A stretch of 20,000 bases of DNA from an uncultured virus (IMG/VR IMGVR_UViG_3300046517_001837). Lineage: Duplodnaviria; Heunggongvirae; Uroviricota; Caudoviricetes. Below are positions 8,045-14,656 of this stretch, in pieces. The position numbers and the translations under genes were made by a program. Location of the stretch: the IMG/VR virus record IMGVR_UViG_3300046517_001837; one strand, 5' to 3'. Under the pieces are notes generated by a model. The model had not been told where the DNA came from and ran no database searches. It saw only the letters and a list, made by a program, of their open reading frames with translations. Every line of letters begins with the position of its first letter. The first letter of the stretch is position 1.

Positions 8045-8093
8045 AAAAAACGGGCCCCTCGTTTGCGCCCCTAGGAACGCACCCGAGGGGCCC
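8045..8093 (-). terminator. Intrinsic terminator-like element upstream of the scaffold gene
   Basis: 10-bp stem GGGCCCCTCG (8052-8061) / CGAGGGGCCC (8084-8093) with inner TGCG/CGCA pairing; A6 at 8045-8050 gives a minus-strand U-tract. Confidence 0.6.
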
Positions 8094-8120
8094 TCGCTTT
8101 TTAGGTCAGCTTTTCGGCGC

Positions 8121-8789
8121 TCAGGTGAGGTTGGTATCAGCGTTCAGCGCCGTGCCATTGGTCAAGCCAGTCCCGGTGCCGACGCCGGGAAGGGCGATAT
8201 AGCGGACCGTCGCGCGCGTCACCGCGTCGGCGACCGCAAAGGCGATCTTGGTCTCGTCATTCGTGGCGGTGCCGGCGATTGCCGCCTGACCCGTAGCCGG
8301 CGCGCTCGAGCTGCGCTTGATGGGCGTGAGCGCGCCCGTCAGGGTGCCCGTCACGGAAATGGCGCTGATAAGCACCTGGGCGCGGCGCGAGCCGAGCAAC
8401 GTGCCGAAGTTCGTGGTCACGTCGATCGTCTCTTCGAAGATCAGCAGGTCGCCCTGGTAAGGCACGTAGATCACGGTGCAGGCCGTGATCGCGTCGGCCG
8501 CGGCGAACGTGATATCTCCGGCGCCGTTGATGCTGACCTGCCCGGTGGTGGGCGTCGCGTTCGAGCCGACGGCAAGGGGCGTGAGCCAGCCATTGAAAGT
8601 GCCCGTCGCATAGATCGCGACGATGCTTGCTGCCTTGGCGTTCTCCGGCAACACCATCTTGTCGCTGGCGACCACGCCGAAGCGCGTGCGCGTGATCGTA
8701 GCGAGCTGCTGCCCGATCAGCCCCTCTTTGAGCAGGGCCGGGATCGAGTTGGGGTTGCCGTTGGCGAGAGCCTGACGAACGGTGGTCAT
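8121..8789 (-). CDS. Probable virion structural/decoration protein with two internal beta repeats (222 aa)
   Basis: A/T/G-rich. Repeat 1 TGTFNGWLTP..ATPTTGQVSI..DITFAAADAITACTVIYVP; repeat 2 TGTLTGALTP..SAPATGQAAI..KIAFAVADAVTRATVRYIA. Start reassigned to ATG 8789 (GAAAGG SD). Confidence 0.6.
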   Translation of the reverse strand: MTTVRQALANGNPNSIPALLKEGLIGQQLATITRTRFGVVASDKMVLPENAKAASIVAIYATGTFNGWLTPLAVGSNATPTTGQVSINGAGDITFAAADAITACTVIYVPYQGDLLIFEETIDVTTNFGTLLGSRRAQVLISAISVTGTLTGALTPIKRSSSAPATGQAAIAGTATNDETKIAFAVADAVTRATVRYIALPGVGTGTGLTNGTALNADTNLT

Positions 8790-8848
8790 GGAAAAGCCTT
8801 TCTCGTGCGCGAGCACGATGGGGCCCGCGTGGCGCGAGTCTACGTGTC

Positions 8849-9550
8849 TTACACGCCCGCTGCCAAGACACTGAGCGCGCTCGAGCCGCTCACCTCAAGG
8901 CGCGTCACCGCGTTCGGGTTGCGCCCGAACTGTTGGATCAAGAGCCCAGAGACCGGAACATCAGCCCCCGTTCCCACCTGCGCCGCTACCGTGTCGAGCC
9001 CGAGATCGTCCGCCGCCGTGCCCGTAAACACGCTCAGCGAGCCTTGGCTGCCCGTCTTCTTGCCCGAGATCAGCACCTGGCCAAGCGTCGTCACGCTCGC
9101 CGGCAGGTAGGCGCAGCCTGCGAGCATGGCCGCGGCGTTGATGCGCGCCGCCACCTTGAGCGCCGAATCGTCGCCCGTCACAAAGGCAACGCTGACCGCG
9201 ATACCGTCGACCGTGAAGAGCAGCGTCAGGGCATTGAGGCCCGAGATCGGAAAGACGGCGCTCGACGTCGCGCGCGCCGGCACGCCGTTGACGCGCAGCG
9301 TGATCGGGGCCTGCGAGCGCAGCGCGAGAAACTCGATCTGCGTGAACGAGCCCGGCGCCAGCAGGTCAGCGAACTCGCCCGGCAGGGTTTGGATCGTGAT
9401 GTCCGCCTGCCTGACCTGGGAATAGGTCTCGGTGCCGCATTGCCCAAAGGTCAGGTCCCACGGGCACCCGCTCGGCGCCGCGCCTGCGCAGCCATCGGCG
9501 CAGCCGGACCCGACGAGCAGGTAGCCCTTTACCGAAAGCTGTTGGCTCAT
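8849..9550 (-). CDS. Probable virion structural protein with a flagellin-hook-IN-like domain (233 aa)
   Basis: TVDGIAVSVAFVTGDDSALKVAARINAA...GQVLISGKKTGSQGSLSVFTGTA resembles an insert in the sheath gene. ATGA-type overlap with the upstream gene. Confidence 0.55.
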   Translation of the reverse strand: MSQQLSVKGYLLVGSGCADGCAGAAPSGCPWDLTFGQCGTETYSQVRQADITIQTLPGEFADLLAPGSFTQIEFLALRSQAPITLRVNGVPARATSSAVFPISGLNALTLLFTVDGIAVSVAFVTGDDSALKVAARINAAAMLAGCAYLPASVTTLGQVLISGKKTGSQGSLSVFTGTAADDLGLDTVAAQVGTGADVPVSGLLIQQFGRNPNAVTRLEVSGSSALSVLAAGV

Positions 9551-9789
9551 TTGGCGGGCGTCTTCCCCGAGCCATAGGTGGGATCCATGTACGCGGGCGT
9601 GAGCTTCTTGCCCTCTTCGTACACGACCTGACCGAGGCGCGTGTTGCTGCCCCCCGAGACGCTCGGCCCGATGCCGTCGGCGAGACTCTCACCGCCCTCG
9701 CCGGGCGCGCTCTTGCCGATGACTGGGGGCGGCGTGACGGCCACGGGGACTGCGGAACCGCGAGAGCTGCCGGATGCGGGATTGGCCAT
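9547..9789 (-). CDS. Small G/S/P-rich hypothetical protein (80 aa)
   Basis: Strong AAGGAG SD; the stop overlaps the next start codon. Confidence 0.65.
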   Translation of the reverse strand: MANPASGSSRGSAVPVAVTPPPVIGKSAPGEGGESLADGIGPSVSGGSNTRLGQVVYEEGKKLTPAYMDPTYGSGKTPAK

Positions 9790-9840
9790 TGGGTGACTCC
9801 TTTCGGGGGAGTCTAGGCCATTCCCGGGGCAGCCGTCACG

Positions 9841-10395
9841 CTACGTCGAGAGCGCGCTTCGTAGCCGTGTACGAACAAGTACGCCCACCAGCATGGGCGC
9901 GGGTGGGCGGTACAGGGCGGCGCATTCACCGATTACGAAGCTCGTGTCGGTCTGCGCTCGGATCTCGACGGTATTGGCCCCGTAGCCTTCCCAGAGCTCG
10001 CCGCGTAGGTGGTCGCGGTCCGGGTCGCCATCGGCACAGTTGGCGATCGCGTGGATCCACTCGTGCACGCTGCTGTCGACCAGCTGAATATCCGGGCGGC
10101 CATCGAGCAAGTAGATCGTACGTTCCTCGACCTCGGTGCAGCCGGTGGTGAGCTCGTCGGGGCCTCGATCGAGCGCACACGGAATGTCGGCTTCGGCCGA
10201 TAGCTGGATCGTGTACTCGCGGTCGAGCGTGTCGCAGCCGTCGGGCACCCGCCCCACCTGGTCGGTCCATGCGTTGAGCGTTGCCACGTAGCTGCGATAG
10301 CAGGCGCCGAACACGTGTTGTTCCGTGTCGGGCTTGGGCGTCGAATCGCAGGCGTAGAGCAGGAGCAAGGCGATCAGCGGGATGAGGTATCTCAT
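9841..10395 (-). CDS. Lipoprotein with a HExxH zinc-metallopeptidase-like motif (184 aa)
   Basis: Signal peptide MRYLIPLIALLLLYAC (lipobox-like); VHEWIHAIA (HEWIH at 10051-10065); six further Cys residues. Confidence 0.7.
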   Translation of the reverse strand: MRYLIPLIALLLLYACDSTPKPDTEQHVFGACYRSYVATLNAWTDQVGRVPDGCDTLDREYTIQLSAEADIPCALDRGPDELTTGCTEVEERTIYLLDGRPDIQLVDSSVHEWIHAIANCADGDPDRDHLRGELWEGYGANTVEIRAQTDTSFVIGECAALYRPPAPMLVGVLVRTRLRSALST

Positions 10396-10426
10396 GCGCG
10401 TAGGAGATCACAGCTCCCTGCGCGCT

Positions 10427-10705
10427 TCAATGGAAGATGTCGCGAAAGAAGCGCGATACCAGCCCGTGAAGAACTGACAGGAACTCTGACCAGCTGAGCC
10501 TGCACCCCGCGCGCCGCCCGTGGACGTGGCTGAAGTCGATCGTTCCTTCGCCATCGCCCTTCGGGAAAGCCCATATGATCACCACGCGCTCACCCTCGCG
10601 CAGCGCCTTTTCGAAGTCGGCGCGCAAGCTGGCTTCGTCGCCGTCGCCGTCCTCATCCTTTTGCCAGGGGCGATCTTCCGGCTTTAGCTCGCGGAGATTC
10701 GTCAC
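10427..10705 (-). CDS. Hypothetical protein (92 aa)
   Basis: GTG 10705 overlaps the methyltransferase stop (GTGA). Corresponds to the 3' part of track ORF 10427..11065. Confidence 0.6.
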   Translation of the reverse strand: MTNLRELKPEDRPWQKDEDGDGDEASLRADFEKALREGERVVIIWAFPKGDGEGTIDFSHVHGRRAGCRLSWSEFLSVLHGLVSRFFRDIFH

Positions 10706-11328
10706 AGCAGCATCCCTTGCGCGAGCTGGCCGCGCGCGAGCTCGCAATACGCCGGGTTGATGTCCCAGCCTTCCGCGTCTCGGTGGTGGTTCTTGGCGGC
10801 TACGAGCGTGGTGCCCGAGCCGCAGAATGGATCCAGCACAAGCTCGCCCGGCAGCGAAAACCAGCGCACGAGCCAGCGCACGTGGCCGATCGAGCGCGGG
10901 CATGGGTGCCCGATCCGGCCTCGACCCATGCGGCCACCGTCGATCGTCTTGCCGGGCACAACGCGTGTTCCCTCGGGATAGCGCTCGCGCCCGTAGACAT
11001 AGGCGAGATCGCTGCCCACAAGCACCGTGCCGCGCTTCGACGGTACGTAGTACTCGAGCCAGCACGTGCGCCAGAAAGGCCAGTAGCTGGGCACTGCGCT
11101 GAGAAAGCGCGGATCAGTGCCGCACCCGACGTGCAGCACGACGTGCGAGACCTTTCCCACCAGGTGACCAAGCGTGTCGTGTAGGAGCTTGCCGGCGTCC
11201 ACGCCTGGAAAGAACTTGGCGCCGCGGTTCGGCCACACGGGATCGGTGATCACCACCGTCGGCTGCGTGGGCTGGAAGGCGCGCGCGAGCTCGATCGCGT
11301 CGCCGCACACGACGGTTTGCCCGCTCAT
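10702..11328 (-). CDS. DNA N4-cytosine/N6-adenine methyltransferase, beta-class-like, orphan (208 aa)
   Basis: VVCGDAIE, motif-IV variant VVITDPVW, HPCPRS, SAM-binding LVLDPFCGSGTTLVAA, and GWDINPAYCELA. Confidence 0.85.
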   Translation of the reverse strand: MSGQTVVCGDAIELARAFQPTQPTVVITDPVWPNRGAKFFPGVDAGKLLHDTLGHLVGKVSHVVLHVGCGTDPRFLSAVPSYWPFWRTCWLEYYVPSKRGTVLVGSDLAYVYGRERYPEGTRVVPGKTIDGGRMGRGRIGHPCPRSIGHVRWLVRWFSLPGELVLDPFCGSGTTLVAAKNHHRDAEGWDINPAYCELARGQLAQGMLL

Positions 11329-11528
11329 GCGCGCTCGTCTTGAACGTACTTGAGCGCGCGATCGATCTGCTCGTCACTACAGAGCTTCCCCACGCGCATT
11401 GCCGCGAGCCCGCTCCATAGGAGCGCGGCGATCAGGCCGTTCTCGCCGGGGTCGTACAGCGCAGACAAGGCATAGGTGAGAGCTTCGCGCGCCTGCTCTC
11501 GCGCGCGATCTCTCAGAACCCGTGACAT
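11325..11528 (-). CDS. Hypothetical protein (67 aa)
   Basis: ATG 11528 in a TGATG overlap with the upstream stop; ATGA overlap with the methyltransferase start. Confidence 0.6.
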   Translation of the reverse strand: MSRVLRDRAREQAREALTYALSALYDPGENGLIAALLWSGLAAMRVGKLCSDEQIDRALKYVQDERA

Positions 11529-11827
11529 CAAGGCCATTCGCCGGGCTCGTAGCTGTCGCAGCGTCCTAGGTCGACCTTGTGACGCGAGCAGCCGCACGGG
11601 TAAAGCTGCGGCCGCTTGGGCGCTTCACCACCCGACAGCTGCGCAAGACGCTCGAGCGTCATCACGTGCAGCGCCGCCGACTTCACGACGTCTTTGCTCG
11701 CCATGACCGAGCCCGGCACGCGCTGTGCGGCGCGCTCCATGTCGTCGCGCGCGCCTTCTCTCAAGACGCGGCCCTTGGTCGTGTCGTCGTCGAGGGTGAG
11801 CACGAGCACGAGGAAATGGACGCTCAC
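11528..11827 (-). CDS. Hypothetical protein with a C-terminal CGC..H...C motif (99 aa)
   Basis: GTG 11827 in a GTGA overlap with the upstream stop. YPCGCSRHKVDLGRC is a possible metal site. Confidence 0.6.
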   Translation of the reverse strand: MSVHFLVLVLTLDDDTTKGRVLREGARDDMERAAQRVPGSVMASKDVVKSAALHVMTLERLAQLSGGEAPKRPQLYPCGCSRHKVDLGRCDSYEPGEWP

Positions 11828-12219
11828 CTGAACATCCCCTTTGCGCGCACACACCACGCGACATCGTCCACGTTCACCATCTTCGCCGTATCTGCGATCA
11901 AGGTGGAGTCGAAGCCGCCCTTCTCCCTGAGCACAAGCACTGCCTCGCCAGCCATGTAGAGACCGTGAGGCCCAAAGTCGGCTTCGAAAAAGCTCTGCCG
12001 CCGCGCCTCGTGCTTCATCTGCCCGAAGAACGAGAGCCCGTTGCCGTCCAGAAGACACACGAAGTAGATGCCTGTGACGGTGCGCGGCGAGATCCACGCG
12101 CGCAGGGCAAGGAATCGTGCGCCGGGGAGCGTCGGTTTCGTGTGTCCAACGCTCCACACCGGCGGCGCACTCCACAACGAAGACTCAAACAGCTGCCTTT
12201 CGATGTTCGCTACGTCCAT
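11824..12219 (-). CDS. Hypothetical protein (131 aa)
   Basis: ATG 12219 in a TGATG overlap with the upstream stop (MDVANIERQLF...). Confidence 0.6.
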   Translation of the reverse strand: MDVANIERQLFESSLWSAPPVWSVGHTKPTLPGARFLALRAWISPRTVTGIYFVCLLDGNGLSFFGQMKHEARRQSFFEADFGPHGLYMAGEAVLVLREKGGFDSTLIADTAKMVNVDDVAWCVRAKGMFR

Positions 12220-12950
12220 CAGAGCCAGCGCCCGGCGACCGCGAACGTAGTGAAGCCGCACGTGTAGCCTAGCAAAGAGTCCTGCTCGGGCGCCTTGGCG
12301 TTGGCCTGGTAGTCCACCGCGAAGCCGCTTTGGCTGTCGAGCGCGACCGAGAACTGCGAGCCGTCCGCGGCCACGTCCCAAAACCAGAAGCGCCCGTTGC
12401 GGTACTCGCGGCTCTTCTGATCGGGGAAGCCAGGGCGAACCAGCGTCACGCCGTCGCCGCTACGCGCGAACGACCAGCGCTGCACCGCGAGCCCGTTCGC
12501 CGCGTACGGGTTCGAGCACCAGATCGTGCTGGGTAGTGGGGTCTGCACGGCCTTGAGCACCGTCGTTGCGATCGTGACTTCGACCGTCTTGCCCTCGTAC
12601 CAGAGCTTCGCGGGGTCTTGCGCAGGCGCGCCGGCATCGGCCTTGGGCTCGGCCGGAACAACCGAGCCGGCGTCCGGCGTGGCGCTCACAGGCGTGCCGG
12701 CGTCAGCCGTGAGAAGGGTGGCGGTGGCGGGGAGGGCGTCAGCTTCGGGCGTGGTGGGCATGTGGGGCATGCTACCCGCGTCGGGTTGCTCAAGCACCGC
12801 CGGCTCATCGTCGTAGGGCTTGGCAAACGCGGTTTTCGGCGCGCCGGTCTCTTCGGTGGTGTCTACCTGGTCGTAGTCGTGTGCGCCCGCGCAGCCCGTC
12901 AGCGCGAGAATGAACCGGATCCAGCCGATGATGTTTCGAAGCTTCTTCAC
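12219..12950 (-). CDS. Lipoprotein with a DAG-repeat linker and C-terminal beta domain (243 aa)
   Basis: GTG 12950 gives MKKLRNIIGWIRFILALTGC (lipobox LTGC); PDAGS/ADAGT/PDAGS/ADAGA linker. An alternative ATG lies at 12962. Confidence 0.72.
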   Translation of the reverse strand: MKKLRNIIGWIRFILALTGCAGAHDYDQVDTTEETGAPKTAFAKPYDDEPAVLEQPDAGSMPHMPTTPEADALPATATLLTADAGTPVSATPDAGSVVPAEPKADAGAPAQDPAKLWYEGKTVEVTIATTVLKAVQTPLPSTIWCSNPYAANGLAVQRWSFARSGDGVTLVRPGFPDQKSREYRNGRFWFWDVAADGSQFSVALDSQSGFAVDYQANAKAPEQDSLLGYTCGFTTFAVAGRWL

Positions 12951-12957
12951 GTCTTTT

Positions 12958-12988
12958 CCCATCTCTGCCGCGCTTGGCGGCCCCGTAA
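12958..12988 (-). repeat. 31-bp direct repeat, copy 1 (leader with hairpin and SD)
   Basis: CCCATCTCTGCCGCGCTTGGCGGCCCCGTAA, identical to 13312-13342. Confidence 0.95.
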
Positions 12989-12992
12989 AGAG

Positions 12993-13021
12993 ATCGTCGC
13001 GCGGTTCGTTTCCGACCGCAA
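12993..13021 (-). promoter_or_regulatory. Putative sigma70-like promoter
   Basis: TTGCGG-17 nt-GACGAT just upstream of repeat copy 1; same geometry as 13348-13376. Confidence 0.5.
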
Positions 13022-13027
13022 GCGGAA

Positions 13028-13303
13028 TCAGGCGGCGCGCTGGGCCGCGTAGGCCGCAATCATCGCTTCGTGCGATTCGTAGCGGGTCGGCCCCCACACT
13101 GTCGCCGGTATCCAGCGCACGCCGCGGCCGCGGTGGCTGTTGTGTTTGATCCAGACCTCACCAGCCACCGCCGTGTGGCCGCACACCGCCCAGCGCTTGA
13201 TCTCGAGCGCGGGAACCTCGGTCGTGACCGCAAGCACCCTGCAAAACTCAGGGTTGAAGGTGTTTCCAGAAACGTAGACCTGACCGACTTTTGCGTTTTC
13301 CAT
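13028..13303 (-). CDS. Hypothetical protein (91 aa)
   Basis: ATG 13303 (MENAKVGQVYVS...) directly downstream of the repeated leader/SD. Confidence 0.7.
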   Translation of the reverse strand: MENAKVGQVYVSGNTFNPEFCRVLAVTTEVPALEIKRWAVCGHTAVAGEVWIKHNSHRGRGVRWIPATVWGPTRYESHEAMIAAYAAQRAA

Positions 13304-13311
13304 CTGTCTTC

Positions 13312-13342
13312 CCCATCTCTGCCGCGCTTGGCGGCCCCGTAA
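13312..13342 (-). repeat. 31-bp direct repeat, copy 2
   Basis: Identical to 12958-12988. Confidence 0.95.
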
Positions 13343-13347
13343 GAACA

Positions 13348-13376
13348 ATCTTCAGCTATCCCAATACCGTTTGCAA
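13348..13376 (-). promoter_or_regulatory. Putative sigma70-like promoter with an overlapping palindrome
   Basis: TTGCAA-17 nt-GAAGAT; the -35 box lies inside the perfect palindrome CCGTTTGCAAACGG (13367-13380). Confidence 0.5.
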
Positions 13377-13402
13377 ACGGAATCGTACGCGCGCGAGCAA
13401 AC

Positions 13403-14650
13403 CTACTTTGCCTTGCGCTTCCGCGTCTTGCGCCGCTTGGCTTCTTCCTCGGCCTGCGCTGCGCGCGCGCGGATCCCCGCCGTGGTCGCGCTTTTTGCAA
13501 GCTGCATTTCTTTCAGCTGCGTGCGCGCCGCGGTCTCGCGCTCGAGCGCGCGCGTCGCTTCCTCCCGATCAGCGTGCTCACCTACCAGCCGATCGGGGAT
13601 GGGCTCGCCCCCCGTGCGCGCAGGTTCGGCAAGCTCCATGGCCGCCGCGCGCTCGCTCTCGGTGGGCGGTTCCGAGCTCGGCGTCTCTGCCCAGTGATCA
13701 AACCAGCCCAGCACCGTCTCGCGGTCGTGCGGGCGCGCTGGCGGGTGCTGGTACACGCGCCCCGCGCCATCGACGAACGGCTGATCGAGCTCGCGCACCT
13801 GGCCATGCACCGCGATCGAGTCCGCTGCTGTGCGCGCGTCAAAGGTGGCCACGATCTTCTTTTTGACGGGCTCGCCCTCCTTTTTCAACGCGTGCAGCCC
13901 TTCCATGGCTGCGCCGTTGTACGCATACGCGACCTCGGTTCGCACGATGCGCTCGGCCCAGTACTTGCGCTCAACAAAGAGCCCCTGCTTGAAGCGGCCC
14001 TCGCGGATGCGCTGCACCACGCCCGGCGCCACTTCCTTCGCCACCAGGCTTACGCGCAGGCCCTTTGGCCCGCCGTGCGCCACCAGGCTCGCCACCATCT
14101 GATCCACCGTCGCGCCGCTCGTGAGCCCGACCTGAATGATCCGCGAGAACTGTTGAGCCATGCGCTGGCCGTACCGATCGAAGCTCGTAGCGACCCGCGT
14201 GGTCAGCGCCGCCTGAGGCCCGCGCCGCACATGGCTCTGCTGCATGGCCGCCAAGATGGACGGCGAGAGCGCAACGCCGCGGTAGGTCTGTTCGAGCTTG
14301 TCGAGCGTCTTGGCGCCGTCCCGTACGGCCTTGCCGATCGCGCGCTTGCCCGTGCGGGTGGTGATGCCGCCTGCCTTCTGCTTCACCGCTTCGATCGTGA
14401 CGCCGATCTGTGTCTGATAGGCCTGCGCCTGCGCCATCGAAAAGGTTTTGCCCTTGTCGTTGCGCGCCAGGTACGCCAGGCGCACCGCCAGCTTCTTGTC
14501 AGCCTCATTGAGCACCGAGTGAAGGTCGCGCCTGGCGCCGCGCCCGTCGCCATCTTCGAGCGCCACGATGTGATCGGCCTGAACGATAGCCGCTTTGATG
14601 ATCTTCTCAGCATCAAGCAGCATCGCGCTCGAGCGCTTCTTGGGCGCCAT
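13403..14650 (-). CDS. Minor head morphogenesis protein, MuF/SPP1-gp7 family (415 aa)
   Basis: Immediately after the portal. WAERIVRTEVAYAYN, KKKIVATFDART, HGQVRELDQPF and HPPARPHDRE match MuF motifs. Confidence 0.85.
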   Translation of the reverse strand: MAPKKRSSAMLLDAEKIIKAAIVQADHIVALEDGDGRGARRDLHSVLNEADKKLAVRLAYLARNDKGKTFSMAQAQAYQTQIGVTIEAVKQKAGGITTRTGKRAIGKAVRDGAKTLDKLEQTYRGVALSPSILAAMQQSHVRRGPQAALTTRVATSFDRYGQRMAQQFSRIIQVGLTSGATVDQMVASLVAHGGPKGLRVSLVAKEVAPGVVQRIREGRFKQGLFVERKYWAERIVRTEVAYAYNGAAMEGLHALKKEGEPVKKKIVATFDARTAADSIAVHGQVRELDQPFVDGAGRVYQHPPARPHDRETVLGWFDHWAETPSSEPPTESERAAAMELAEPARTGGEPIPDRLVGEHADREEATRALERETAARTQLKEMQLAKSATTAGIRARAAQAEEEAKRRKTRKRKAK

Positions 14651-14656
14651 GCGCGC

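Noticed and set aside
12958..13342. CRISPR mini-array from the 31-bp repeat
   Set aside because: Only two copies, 354 bp apart, each directly preceding a start codon; no cas genes.
9926..13500. Long upstream-extended starts in the ORF track (e.g. 10427..11065, 11528..12175, 12219..13097)
   Set aside because: The extensions overlap neighbouring genes; internal starts give clean stop/start coupling and SD sites.
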